DNA of 52,546 nt from the NCBI GenBank assembly GCA_035638295.1, contig DASRAF010000489.1:1-52546 (forward strand). The letters run 5' to 3'. The notes under the pieces are model-generated. The model did no database searches. It was not told where the DNA came from and saw only the letters and a program-made list of their open reading frames with translations. This document shows, one piece after another, positions 8,548-19,837 of the stretch (position 1 is the stretch's first letter; every line of letters starts with the position of its first letter). Made by a program: the position numbers and the translations under genes. The stretch is from Pseudolabrys sp. Its GTDB lineage: Bacteria > Pseudomonadota > Alphaproteobacteria > Rhizobiales > Xanthobacteraceae.

Positions 8548-11500
8548 CTAGCTCGCCTCGCGGAAACGAACCGCGGCTTCCAGATCCACGGACACCAGCT
8601 GAGACACGCCACGCTCGGCCATCGTGACACCGTACAGACGATTCATGCGCGCCATCGTAATCGGATTGTGCGTAATGATGACGAAACGCGTGTCGGTAGA
8701 CTTTGTCATCTCGTCGAGCAGATCGCAGAAGCGCTCGACGTTGTGGTCGTCGAGCGGTGCGTCCACTTCGTCCAGCACACAAATCGGGGCGGGATTTGTC
8801 AGGAACACGGCGAAGATCAAGGCAAGCGCTGTAAGCGCCTGCTCTCCGCCCGAGAGCAGGGACAGCGTTGCGGGCTTCTTGCCGGGCGGCTTGGCCAGAA
8901 TTTCCAGGCCGGCCTCCAACGGATCTTCGCTTTCGATCAATTGCAATTCGGCCGTTCCGCCGCCAAACAATTGCGTAAAAAGATGCTGGAAGTGTTTGTT
9001 CACCTGCTCGAACGAGGTGAGGAGGCGCTCGCGTGCTTCGCGGTTCAGACTTTGGATGCCGAGCCGTAATTTCTTGATCGCCTCAACGAGATCGTCGCGT
9101 TCCGTCGTGAGCGAGGCGTGTTGGGCCTCAACTTCTCGCAATTCCTCATCTGCGCGGAGATTGACCGCACCAAGCCGTTCACGTTCCCGCCGCAAGCGCT
9201 CAAGCTTCTCTTCGACTTCTGCAAGATCCGGCAATGGATCGGTGGGACCGATTTCGGCCAGTTCTGCAACGGCAGCCGGTTCAACTTCCAGCATGTCCCG
9301 GATTTCGCGCCCGATATCGCTGAGACGACGTTTGGCGCCCTCGAAGCGTTCCTCGGTGCGCGCAAGTTCTTCACGCGCGGCGCTGGCGGCTTCGAGCGCC
9401 GCCCGCGCATCGCGATCAGCCGCGGCCAGCGCCATTTCGGCGGCCTGAAGCCGGTCGGCGCATTCACGCCGCGAGCCTTCAGCAGTCTGGACCTCAGCGG
9501 TAAGCGCCCGCCGTTTCTCGGCGAAAATCTGTGGTGCGTTCTGCAACTCCGTGCGGTCGCGCCCGGCTTCGGCAATGCGCTGTTCGAGCGTGGCGATTTG
9601 ATTTCGCGCACCATGCTTACGTTCGATCCAGCCTGTCCTGTCAGCCACCAAGGTCGCGAGCCGGCGATCGGCGAGTTCGGCTTCACGAACAATCGCTTGC
9701 AACTCGGCCTGAACCTCCGCCAGTCTGGCACGTTGCGCGGCGATCTCATCGCGTACCTGCGCGAGCTTTGTTTCGAGGTGCGCTGCCGGAGCAAGGCCGA
9801 CCAGAGAATTTTCAGCTCCTGCCTTGGCTGTTGCTGCTTCGTCTCGGCTCGTACTAAGGCGTGCACGCGCTTCGACCAGGGCCGATAGCCGTGCAGTCTG
9901 CCGATTGAGGTCGCGCTCGCGCGCTCGCTTCTCGGTCTGTGCGCTACTGGCGGCTTCGAAGCTCGCCTGTGCGGTTTCACACGCCCGACGATTGACATCA
10001 ACTTCGCTGCTTGCACTTTCGAGCTCTTTGTCGATCTCGGTAAATCGGCTGCGCTGCGCTAGCCGACGGGCGGCGCCCGTTGGAGCATGCGCGGCCGCAA
10101 CGAAACCATCCCAGCGCCAGAGGTCGCCTTCGCGCGACACCAACCGCTGGCCAGTTTTGAGGGAGCCGGCAATTCGAACGGCCGAGTCGCGCTCGACGAC
10201 TCCGATTTGTGAAAGCCGCCGTGCCAGTTGTGCGGGTGCTTTGACGAATTGGGCCAGCGTTTCCACGCCGTCGGGCAGGGCAGGGTCGCCTGCCTCGTGC
10301 GCAATCTCGCTCCAATGCATCGGCGAGGATGGGTCGACCGGTGCGTCCAGATCATCGCCGAGGGCGGCGCCAAGCGCTTTCTCGTACCCTTTTTCGACTG
10401 AGATGTGGTCGATGACCGGAGGCCAAAGGCTACGGGTCTCGAGCGACAGCATCTTCGACAAGGTCTTCGCCTCAGTCTCAAGCCGCTGCACGCGCTTTTC
10501 CGATTCCGCCAATGTTGCACGCGCCGTTTCCATCTCACCGCGCGCGACACTGTGCGCTGCCTCGGCTGCAACTGCTGCAGCTTCCGCTTCGGTGAGTGCG
10601 GCCTGAGCCCCTTCCATCGCCGCGGTGAGTGGACCGACGCCGCCGGTGTGAAGCGTTGCCAGTTCGCGCTCGATAGCCTCGATTTCAGAAGAAATTCTTG
10701 AAAACCGCTCGCTCTGTTCCCGTATAGAGTTTTCAAACCGGTTACGTTGGGCAGCGAGGTCGGCAAGCTCGGTCGTGAGATCGGTAAAGACCTTTTCAGT
10801 TGCGCCAAGCGCAGCGGCAGCTTCCGCCACTTTGGCATCAACTCCGCCTCTGCGACCGGCGCTTTCGCGAGCACCAGTCCGAATGGTTTCCTCTTCCGAG
10901 GAAACGCGCGCGATTGCCTGTTCTGCATCAGCGGCAAGGCGTTGTTCGCGCTCCGTATCGGCGGCGAATTGAACGAGCCTCAGGTCAAGTTCGACGATGC
11001 GGTCTTTCGCCCGCGTTTCTTCGCGATCGAGATCCTGCAGAGCGAGGTTCAGGCGATGCAGGGCGGCGCCCGCACGTGCCTCTGCTTCGCGCAATTCCGG
11101 AAGAGATGCCGCGGCGAGTGCCTGTCGTTTTGATGCTTCAACTTCGGCGCCGACCCGGTCTGCGACTGTTCGCACGCAGAGATCTTTTGCACGCTCGGCT
11201 TCGGCAACCTCGGTGTTCGCAGAGGTCCACCGCAAATGATAGAGGGTCGCTTCCGCCTTGCGCACCTGGGACGATACCGTTCGGTATCGGATAGCCTGAC
11301 GCGCCTGCTTTTTTAGACCATCGATCTGGGCGGTTAACTGACCAATGACGTCTTCGACCCTCAGAAGATTGGTTTCGGCCGCCTTCAACCGAAGTTCGGC
11401 CTCGTGGCGGCGCGCGTGCAAACCGGCAATACCCGCCGCTTCTTCCAACACCCGGCGGCGCTGTTCAGGCTTTGCCTGAATGATCTCTCCGATCCGGCCT

Positions 11501-11937
11501 TGATGGACGAGCGCGGGCGAACGCGCGCCGGTCGAGGCGTCTGCAAAAAGGATCTGCACATCGCGTGCGCGCACATCCCGGCCGTTGATGCGATAGTTCG
11601 AGCCTGAATCGCGCTCGATGCGGCGCGCAATTTCCAACGAGTCCTGATCGTTGAAGGCGGCCGGCGCCGAACGCGTCGAGTTGTCGATGGCGATCGCGAC
11701 CTCCGCATTGTTTCGGGCGGGTCGGCTGTTGGAGCCGGAAAAGATCACATCGTCCATCGATGCCGCGCGCATGGACTTATGCGAAGATTCGCCCATGACC
11801 CAACGTAGCGCTTCGACCAGATTCGATTTTCCGCAACCGTTCGGGCCCACCACGCCGGTCAGGCCTGGCTCAATCAGAAAATCGGTCGGTTCGACGAATG
11901 ACTTGAAGCCGAGCAGCCGCAGCCGTGTAAGTTTCAT
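8548..11937 (-). CDS. smc: Chromosome segregation protein SMC
   Basis: GFKSF, Walker A GPNGCGKSN, long coiled coils, hinge (GYEKALGAALG, LVSREGDLWRWDG), LSGGE, LDEVDAPLD. Confidence 0.97.
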   Translation of the reverse strand: MKLTRLRLLGFKSFVEPTDFLIEPGLTGVVGPNGCGKSNLVEALRWVMGESSHKSMRAASMDDVIFSGSNSRPARNNAEVAIAIDNSTRSAPAAFNDQDSLEIARRIERDSGSNYRINGRDVRARDVQILFADASTGARSPALVHQGRIGEIIQAKPEQRRRVLEEAAGIAGLHARRHEAELRLKAAETNLLRVEDVIGQLTAQIDGLKKQARQAIRYRTVSSQVRKAEATLYHLRWTSANTEVAEAERAKDLCVRTVADRVGAEVEASKRQALAAASLPELREAEARAGAALHRLNLALQDLDREETRAKDRIVELDLRLVQFAADTEREQRLAADAEQAIARVSSEEETIRTGARESAGRRGGVDAKVAEAAAALGATEKVFTDLTTELADLAAQRNRFENSIREQSERFSRISSEIEAIERELATLHTGGVGPLTAAMEGAQAALTEAEAAAVAAEAAHSVARGEMETARATLAESEKRVQRLETEAKTLSKMLSLETRSLWPPVIDHISVEKGYEKALGAALGDDLDAPVDPSSPMHWSEIAHEAGDPALPDGVETLAQFVKAPAQLARRLSQIGVVERDSAVRIAGSLKTGQRLVSREGDLWRWDGFVAAAHAPTGAARRLAQRSRFTEIDKELESASSEVDVNRRACETAQASFEAASSAQTEKRARERDLNRQTARLSALVEARARLSTSRDEAATAKAGAENSLVGLAPAAHLETKLAQVRDEIAAQRARLAEVQAELQAIVREAELADRRLATLVADRTGWIERKHGARNQIATLEQRIAEAGRDRTELQNAPQIFAEKRRALTAEVQTAEGSRRECADRLQAAEMALAAADRDARAALEAASAAREELARTEERFEGAKRRLSDIGREIRDMLEVEPAAVAELAEIGPTDPLPDLAEVEEKLERLRRERERLGAVNLRADEELREVEAQHASLTTERDDLVEAIKKLRLGIQSLNREARERLLTSFEQVNKHFQHLFTQLFGGGTAELQLIESEDPLEAGLEILAKPPGKKPATLSLLSGGEQALTALALIFAVFLTNPAPICVLDEVDAPLDDHNVERFCDLLDEMTKSTDTRFVIITHNPITMARMNRLYGVTMAERGVSQLVSVDLEAAVRFREAS

Positions 11938-12245
11938 ACGTTAAGGCCTCGTGGGTCTTTATTGGCGGCGCGCAACGTTCCGGATGTCATCTTTTGGCTC
12001 ATGCGCGGAGCAGCACACATTCGCTTTGTCGGTTTTGTACTGAATAAATCACTAGGTCGTTCCGTGGCTTGGCCCGAATCTGAGGGGGTGCGCCACATCG
12101 GCCCGGAGAATGAATCGCCGCGCTCGCAAGGGCAACTACCCCGCGGAATGTCGAGGCGGTTTTCCATACCTTTCCGGAAGGGCTGACGCAAAAACGCCGT
12201 CGATTTGCTTATCGCGTGCGCGCGGCTCGGGTCAAAAAACCCTTG

Positions 12246-12914
12246 TCAGCCCTTGAGATAGGGGTCGATCAGCTTCGCCATCTCGTCGATCGACAGGGCA
12301 CCCGGGTACTGCGTTCCATTAATGAAAAAAGTGGGTGTCGATTGAACCTTGAATTTGTCGACGGCCCGTTTGCGCATGCTTTCGATGCCGTCAAGCACCT
12401 GCTGATTCGCAAGGCAAGCATTGAAACTTTGTTCCGTCAGGCCCGCCTGCTTTGCAATGGCGAGCAAGGGAGGTATCGGCTTTTCGACAGCCCACTGCCT
12501 TTGCTGGCGAAACAGCGTGTCGATCAGGGCAAAATATTTTCCGCTGTCGTCTTTGCCGGCGCAGCGCGCCAGCATGAAAGCGGCGGCGGCGAGATTGTCG
12601 AGCGGAAATTCGCGGAAGATCCACCTGACTTTGCCGGTGTCGATGTAGCGCTTCTTGATCTCGGGAAACGTGGTTTCCTGAAAGTGTGCGCAATGGGGAC
12701 AGGTCATCGACGCGTACTCAATAATGGTCACAGGCGCCTTCTCGTCGCCCATCGCCATTTCCGGCAAGGCCTCAGGTTGCATCAGTTCGCTGGTCGGCAC
12801 GGAGTCGGCCCAGGCCTCGACCGTCAGAGGCGATAACGAGGAAACACCGAACACGGCGGTGGCGAGCGCCACGACAGACGTGGTCAGGCAAAATTCGCGG
12901 CGAGTGATCTGCAA
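12246..12914 (-). CDS. DsbA family thiol-disulfide oxidoreductase
   Basis: EYASMTCPHC, REFPLD, STPTFFING; N-terminal TRREF signal. Confidence 0.92.
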   Translation of the reverse strand: MQITRREFCLTTSVVALATAVFGVSSLSPLTVEAWADSVPTSELMQPEALPEMAMGDEKAPVTIIEYASMTCPHCAHFQETTFPEIKKRYIDTGKVRWIFREFPLDNLAAAAFMLARCAGKDDSGKYFALIDTLFRQQRQWAVEKPIPPLLAIAKQAGLTEQSFNACLANQQVLDGIESMRKRAVDKFKVQSTPTFFINGTQYPGALSIDEMAKLIDPYLKG

Positions 12915-13016
12915 CGGAGGCTCCTGGGGCTGAGATGCCGGTCTAGACCGTCACTGGCTAGCTGGACAGCACAATTGTGGCAATGCCGGGCCAGCCTGCC
13001 AAGCCGGGCGGCGGCC

Positions 13017-13493
13017 TCAATTTCGCTTGATCGCTGCCCCCAGCCGGCCGAGCGCCTGACGCAGATTCTCGTCTTTTATATCCGGCAAAGTCTCGGCGAC
13101 TTCCGCTGCCAAAAAGGGATCGGCAGCGTGTGGTTTCGGCCTCTCTCGATGCCTGAGGGGGGCTTGGCGCAAGGCGAGGCGGCCGATCGCCTGCCAGCCG
13201 AAAAACCGGTTTACCCTCTCCAAAATCACGGCCGCGAGGTGCTGGATTTCGAGTGCCGCAGGGCCTTCGACCCGCAGCACAAGAGTGGCGGGTTCCGGGG
13301 TTTCGGTGCCGACCGGGCGGGGCCAGTTGATCTTGAGCGGTTCGCTATGGACGGCGATCTCGGGGCCGACAATGTCGGGCCAGCGCGAAATGATCTCGGT
13401 TGATGCAAAGCCTTGCGCTTTGAGTACGTCTCCCAACGTCGCGTTCAGCAACTCCGAAAGTGGCCGGGGAAAACCGCGCGGGGACTTGCTCAT
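13017..13493 (-). CDS. DUF721/DciA family protein
   Basis: W..IVG..IA.HSEP, L.V....ALEIQH....ILERVNRFFG; lies between mutY and dsbA. Confidence 0.85.
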   Translation of the reverse strand: MSKSPRGFPRPLSELLNATLGDVLKAQGFASTEIISRWPDIVGPEIAVHSEPLKINWPRPVGTETPEPATLVLRVEGPAALEIQHLAAVILERVNRFFGWQAIGRLALRQAPLRHRERPKPHAADPFLAAEVAETLPDIKDENLRQALGRLGAAIKRN

Positions 13494-13523
13494 AGGTGCA
13501 GACCTTGTGCCATCGTCGGCATC

Positions 13524-14618
13524 ATGACCGTAGCAGTCCGATTGCCTCCGCGGAAGAAAGTCGAGATACCGGATCCGGCCGATCTGCTCGCCTGGTACGA
13601 CCGGCGCGCGCGAATATTGCCCTGGAGAGCCAGGCGCGGCGAGCTTGCGGACCCCTATCGCGTATGGCTGTCCGAAATCATGCTTCAGCAAACGACGGTG
13701 AAAACAGTCGCTCCTTACTACGCGCGCTTTTTGTCGCGTTGGCCCTCGGTCGATTCACTTGCTGCAGCGAGCCTCGACGATGTCCTTCGTGCCTGGGCTG
13801 GGCTTGGCTATTACGCGCGCGCTCGCAATCTGCATGCCTGCGCGAAGGCGGTGGTCGAGCAGCATGGCGGACAGTTCCCGCGTGATGTCGAATCCTTGCG
13901 CGGCCTGCCAGGAATCGGCGACTACACGGCGGCGGCGGTGGCAGCGATCGCTTTCGATTTTCCGGCAGTGCCCGTCGATGGGAATGTCGAGCGCGTCGTG
14001 TCGCGGCTTTTTTTAGTCGAGAAAGAATTGCCGGCTGCGAAGCCGGCGATCAGAGAACTTGCTGCGTCGTTACTGCCAGGACATCGCGCGGGTGACTTCG
14101 CTCAGGCGTTTATGGATCTCGGAGCCACCATCTGCTCGCCGAAGCGTCCCGCATGCGTGCTGTGTCCCTGGGAAGGTGCGTGTGCAGCGCATGCGCGCGA
14201 CCAGCAAGAGTTATTTCCGCGCAAGTCGCCAAAAGCGGAAGGCAAATTGCGCCGCGGTGCGGCGTTCGTTGCACTGCGCGCTGATGGTCGTGTCTTGTTA
14301 CGCCGACGTCCTGAGAAGGGTCTGCTCGCTTCGATGATGGAAACGCCGGGAAGCGAGTGGAAGCATGATTTCGACAAAGCCCGCGCTTGCCGCTCGGCGC
14401 CACGACTGGGCACAGGCGCGCGATGGCGCCAGTTGCCAGGCACCGTGCGGCACATATTCACTCATTTCCCGCTCGAGCTGACTGTCTTCGTCGCCGACGT
14501 GCGGCGTACAGCCGCCGCACCAAAGGGCGCGCGGTGGGTGAAGATCGCCGATCTGGCCGATGAGGCGTTGCCGAACGTCGTGCGAAAAGTTCTCGCTCAC
14601 GCACTCGACCGGCGTTAG
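13524..14618 (+). CDS. mutY: A/G-specific adenine glycosylase
   Basis: WLSEIMLQQT, WAGLGYYARARNL, HhH LPGIGDYTA, VDGNVERV, Fe-S motif CSPKRPACVLCPWEGAC. Confidence 0.97.
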   Translation: MTVAVRLPPRKKVEIPDPADLLAWYDRRARILPWRARRGELADPYRVWLSEIMLQQTTVKTVAPYYARFLSRWPSVDSLAAASLDDVLRAWAGLGYYARARNLHACAKAVVEQHGGQFPRDVESLRGLPGIGDYTAAAVAAIAFDFPAVPVDGNVERVVSRLFLVEKELPAAKPAIRELAASLLPGHRAGDFAQAFMDLGATICSPKRPACVLCPWEGACAAHARDQQELFPRKSPKAEGKLRRGAAFVALRADGRVLLRRRPEKGLLASMMETPGSEWKHDFDKARACRSAPRLGTGARWRQLPGTVRHIFTHFPLELTVFVADVRRTAAAPKGARWVKIADLADEALPNVVRKVLAHALDRR

Positions 14619-14726
14619 ATCGCCAAGCCCCCGACGCTACAAGCGTCAAATCGCGCGGGCGGTGGCTGTTTCCAAAAGCATCAAACACCGCTACGAAACG
14701 GGTTCAAATTCACTAGGGGCAAAGGC

Positions 14727-15077
14727 ATGAGTATCGAACGTCACGATATCGGGCCGCGCATGAGCAAGGCTGTAGTGCACGGCAATACCGTCTATCTCGC
14801 TGGCATTGTCGCCGACGCGCCGAGGGGCAAAAACACCGGCGACCAGACCAAAGATATCCTCAGGCAGATCGACGGCTTGCTCGCAAAGGCCGGTACCGAC
14901 AAGAGCAAGCTTGTTTCGGCCAATATCTGGATCACCGACATGGCGAATTTCGCCGAAATGAATGCCGTATGGGACACCTGGGTTGCGCCCGGCAACACGC
15001 CGGCGCGTGCAACGGTCGAAGCCAAACTCGCTTCGCCTGACTACAAGGTTGAGATCATGGTGGTGGCGGCGAAATAA
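14727..15077 (+). CDS. RidA family protein (YoaB-like)
   Basis: RMSKAVVHG, VYLAG, FAEMNAVWD.W, PARATVEA, KVEIMVVA. Confidence 0.92.
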   Translation: MSIERHDIGPRMSKAVVHGNTVYLAGIVADAPRGKNTGDQTKDILRQIDGLLAKAGTDKSKLVSANIWITDMANFAEMNAVWDTWVAPGNTPARATVEAKLASPDYKVEIMVVAAK

Positions 15078-15079
15078 CG

Positions 15080-15730
15080 ATGGCTGCGCAACCGGGGGTT
15101 CTTGCAATCTTCAATGATTGCCGCGCCGGACGCGAGGCAGACTTCGAAGCGTGGTTTCAGGGCGAGCATCTGCTCGAGCGGCTCGCCGTTCCCGGTTTCC
15201 TTTATGGACGGCGGCACCAGGCAATTTCCGGCAGCTCTGGCCATTTCAATTTCTACCTGGTTGAATCGCCGGACATCCTGATGTCGAAGCCATATCTCGA
15301 GCGGCTCGACAATCCAACGCCGATGACTCGCAAGGTCATGTCGGAAGTCTTCGTCAACGCGAGCCGGACCCTATGTCGGCGAACGCTGCGGCTTGGTGGC
15401 TTCCGTGGCGCATTTGTCGTCACCGCTCGCTTCGTCAATGACGCGCCTGACTCAGCCGCGCTGGCAAGACTTGCTGAAGATTTGGTGCAGGATACTGCCA
15501 TCGCGTCTTGCGAAATCTGGGACGCGGTTGATCCGGCGGGTCAGCCAGTCTCGATGGAAGAAAAACTTCGCGGCGGCGACAAGAAGATCAGGGCCTGCCT
15601 GATGGTCGATACGCTTCGCCAGGTCGATGCCGAGAAAATCGGCGCGGACCTGTCGCGCCAGTTTCCGCAGGCCGACGTTGGCGTCTTTCGTGTGCTTTGC
15701 CAGCTCGGTCGCGCCGAGGGGATGGACTGA
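15080..15730 (+). CDS. Hypothetical protein, EthD/DUF4286-like dimeric alpha-beta barrel
   Basis: FEAWFQGEHLLERLAVPGF..GRR pattern; tightly coupled to both neighbours. Confidence 0.65.
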   Translation: MAAQPGVLAIFNDCRAGREADFEAWFQGEHLLERLAVPGFLYGRRHQAISGSSGHFNFYLVESPDILMSKPYLERLDNPTPMTRKVMSEVFVNASRTLCRRTLRLGGFRGAFVVTARFVNDAPDSAALARLAEDLVQDTAIASCEIWDAVDPAGQPVSMEEKLRGGDKKIRACLMVDTLRQVDAEKIGADLSRQFPQADVGVFRVLCQLGRAEGMD

Positions 15731-16212
15731 TGGAGCTGTTCCAGCCGATTGCGGAAAAGATCGCGGCACATCTGATCGAGCGTGGCGAGACAATCGCCAC
15801 AGCCGAGTCGTCGACCGGCGGTCTCGTTGCGGCGGCACTGCTAGCGATACCTGGCGCGTCGGCCTATTTCGCGGGTGGCGCCGTGGTCTACACGAAGGCC
15901 TCACGCATGGCGTTGCTCAACATCGGCGATGCCGACATGACGGGGCTGCGGCCCGCGACCGAGGTCTATTCACTTCTGATCGCGCGGCGCGTTCGCGAAC
16001 GACATGGTGCCACGTGGGGCTTCGGCGAAACTGGCGCAAGCGGTCCGACGGGAAATCGCTATGGCGATCCGGCCGGTCACACGTGCATGGCTGTGGCCGG
16101 CTCGATTGAGCGAGCACTGACCCTGCGTACCGGCAGCAACGACAGGCGGGCGAATATGGACGCTTTCGGACGTCGCGCACTGGAGTTCCTCTACGAAACG
16201 ATATCTGGCTAA
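15730..16212 (+). CDS. CinA/PncC family protein
   Basis: TAESSTGGL, PGASAYF.GGAVVY, ETGASGP; ATG overlaps upstream TGA. Confidence 0.88.
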   Translation: MELFQPIAEKIAAHLIERGETIATAESSTGGLVAAALLAIPGASAYFAGGAVVYTKASRMALLNIGDADMTGLRPATEVYSLLIARRVRERHGATWGFGETGASGPTGNRYGDPAGHTCMAVAGSIERALTLRTGSNDRRANMDAFGRRALEFLYETISG

Positions 16213-16280
16213 GGGGATCCACTCGACTGTGCGCCGCTGCTGGCGATAACATCCCGCAAAATCCAACCGGGGGGACGACC

Positions 16281-17555
16281 ATGCTGTGACGCCGCGCGTT
16301 TCTCGTCTCGACTGCTTCGCTCGCCGTTACTGCCGGGATCACCGGCGGGCGTGCCGCAATGGGACCAAATGACAAATTTGACCTGCTTATCAAGGGTGGC
16401 GATGTGCTCGATCCCAGTCAGTCGCTGCGCGGCCGCCGCGATATCGGCATACGCTTCGGTGTAATCGAAGCGTTCGAGCCGGATATCGCCGAGGCTCGTG
16501 CCCTGCGCGTGATCAACGCGTCCGGCAAGCTGGTGACGCCGGGCCTCGTCGATCTACACAGCCATGTCTATCCCTACGGGTCAGCCATCGGCCTTCCTGC
16601 CGACGAATCCGTGGTCAATCAATGCGCCACGACATGTGTTTCGGCGGGTGACGCCGGTGCAAACAATTTCGCCGCCTTCCGGCGCTTCATTGTCGGGCAG
16701 ACCCGCACCCGACTCTACGCCTTCGTGCATATCGCCAATATCGGGCTGACGCCGTTTCCCATCGCGGAGCTCTACAACATCGATTTCGCGCAGGTGGACG
16801 CCTGCGCCAAGACGATCGGTGAGAATGCGGATATTGCACTCGGCGCCAAAGTTCGCATGTCGGAGAATGTCATTGCCAAACACGGGACCGAGCCGCTCAA
16901 GCGCGCGATCCTCGCGTGCGAGCAGTCCGGAACGCCAGCGAAGATCATGTGCCACATTGGCGGTGTCGAGACCCGCGAGCTGATGTCGCAGATCCTCGAC
17001 CTGCTGCGGCCGGGCGACATCCTCACGCATGCCTATTCGGGCGCACCCAATATCGCCGGTGCATTCACCAATATCGTGCAAGACGGAAAATTATTGCCGG
17101 CGGCACTCGCCGCGAGACAGCGCGGCGTGATCTTTGACGTCGGGCATGGCGGCGGCAGTTTCGATTACACGGTCGCCGAAGTGGCGATCCCGGGCGGATG
17201 CGGGCCCGATACGATCTCATCGGACCTCCACGCGGTTTCCGGCAACACGCCGGGCATGCCTTACCTCCCCTGGGTCATGTCAAAGTTCATGGGACTCGGT
17301 TTTACGCTCGAGCAGGTTGTCGCGATGGCGACAATCAATCCGGCGAAAATCATCAACCGCGTGCCCAAGATGGGCACCCTGCAGGTCGGCGCACCCGGTG
17401 ATGTCGCGATCATGGAATTGGTTGAAGGCCCTGTATCGTTTGTCGATACCCGCAACAACAAACGCGAAGGGAAAGCCTATCTGAAGCCGGTGCAGACGGT
17501 GACGGCGGGTGTCGCGTTCGGTCGGCCGTACGCCCTGCCGTTTTCTGTCAGGTGA
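16281..17555 (+). CDS. Amidohydrolase/deacetylase family metallohydrolase; Tat-type leader interrupted by in-frame TGA at 16287-16289, intact ORF from 16359
   Basis: PGLVDLHSH (HxH), KVR, MCH, LTHAY, DVGHGGGSF, TISSDLH; upstream ATG CTG TGA CGC CGC GCG TTT CTC is in frame. Confidence 0.85.
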
Positions 17556-17556
17556 C

Positions 17557-18702
<1,146 letters not shown>

Positions 18703-18814
18703 AGGCGACGCGGTCGGCGACGCGGGACCTACAACCGACAGGCCTGCATCTTGAGCGCGCAAAGTAAAAAAGCGGTTTATGATCGCCGCTCGCAAGTCGG
18801 CAAATTCTGCCTAT

Positions 18815-18829
18815 TTAATACTGACTTAG
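18815..18829. promoter_or_regulatory. CtrA-like binding site upstream of ccrM
   Basis: TTAA-tactgac-TTAG, one mismatch to TTAA-N7-TTAA. Confidence 0.5.
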
Positions 18830-18915
18830 AGGTCAGCAGTTCGGCCAATTTCGACGGAGTTGGACGAGCGCGCGCAGTTCGGCGATTATTGCGACAATCT
18901 TCGGAGGAACCCGTC

Positions 18916-19827
18916 ATGCGTTGGGATGATTTTCGCCGCAGCGACAATGTCGAGGACACGCGCGGCGACGAAGGTGGCTTCGGCGGCGGCGGTATGGGCA
19001 TCCCGATCGGCGGCGGCGGCATCGGGATCGGAACCGTCATCATTCTCGGCTTGCTCGGCTGGGCGCTCGGCATCGATCCGAGCATCCTGATCGGCGGCGC
19101 CGAGATCGTGAACAGCGGCCGGCATGTCGAGCAGCCATACCAACCTGAGTCACGGCAAACGGGCAAACCGAGCGACCAGATGGGCGATTTCGTCGCCGCG
19201 GTGCTCGGCAACACCGAGGATACCTGGCGGGAAATTTTCAAAAATAGCGGGCAGCAATACAGCGTGCCGCGTCTGCGCCTTTACTCTGGTGTTGTGCAAG
19301 GCGGCTGCGGCATGGCGCAGGCGGCGATGGGACCGTTCTATTGTCCGAACGACCGGCGCATTTATCTCGACACCTCTTTCTTCCGCGACATCCAGGCGCG
19401 TTTCCGCGGCTGCAGCGGCAAGGCGTGCGAGTTTGCTGAAGCTTACGTGATCGCGCATGAGGTCGGTCATCACGTGCAAAATCTGCTTGGCATCTTGCCG
19501 CAGGTGCAGAACGCGCAACGCTCGGCAGGCAGCAAGGTTGAGGCGAACAAGCTTCAGGTGCGGGTCGAATTGCAGGCCGACTGTCTCGCCGGCGTCTGGG
19601 CAAACAATTCAAATCAACGTTGGAAGACACTGGAGCCGGGCGATGTCGAAGCGGCAATGCAGACCGCGGCGGCGATCGGCGACGACAGGCTTCAGCAGCA
19701 GTCGCGCGGTTATGTCGTGCCGGATGCTTTTACCCACGGCTCGTCTGCACAACGGCAGCGTTGGTTCATGACCGGTCTGAAAGAGGGGAAGGTATCGGCA
19801 TGCAATACCTTCTCTGGACAGGTTTAG
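18916..19827 (+). CDS. Neutral zinc metallopeptidase (YpfJ-like)
   Basis: MRW...RRSDNVED, Gly-rich plus TM, GPFYCP.D, AHEVGHHVQ, ELQADC.AG, FTHGSSAQR; GGAGG RBS. Confidence 0.92.
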   Translation: MRWDDFRRSDNVEDTRGDEGGFGGGGMGIPIGGGGIGIGTVIILGLLGWALGIDPSILIGGAEIVNSGRHVEQPYQPESRQTGKPSDQMGDFVAAVLGNTEDTWREIFKNSGQQYSVPRLRLYSGVVQGGCGMAQAAMGPFYCPNDRRIYLDTSFFRDIQARFRGCSGKACEFAEAYVIAHEVGHHVQNLLGILPQVQNAQRSAGSKVEANKLQVRVELQADCLAGVWANNSNQRWKTLEPGDVEAAMQTAAAIGDDRLQQQSRGYVVPDAFTHGSSAQRQRWFMTGLKEGKVSACNTFSGQV

Positions 19828-19837
19828 TGGAACCGCG

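Noticed and set aside
8548-11937. SMC as Wadjet/defence ATPase, or as having a shortened coiled coil
   Set aside because: Canonical hinge-containing SMC in the dsbA/DUF721/mutY context; an arm-length difference cannot be established without an alignment
11938-12245. Short ORFs and two GAATC sites (12076, 12112) upstream of smc
   Set aside because: ORFs lack coding features; two sites in about 300 bp are too weak to claim methylation control
16287-16289. TGA as selenocysteine
   Set aside because: It lies in a signal peptide at a Ser/Thr position rather than a catalytic Cys, and I could not identify a SECIS
18970-19035. GGC-rich repeats in the metallopeptidase gene
   Set aside because: They encode the Gly-rich linker normal for this family
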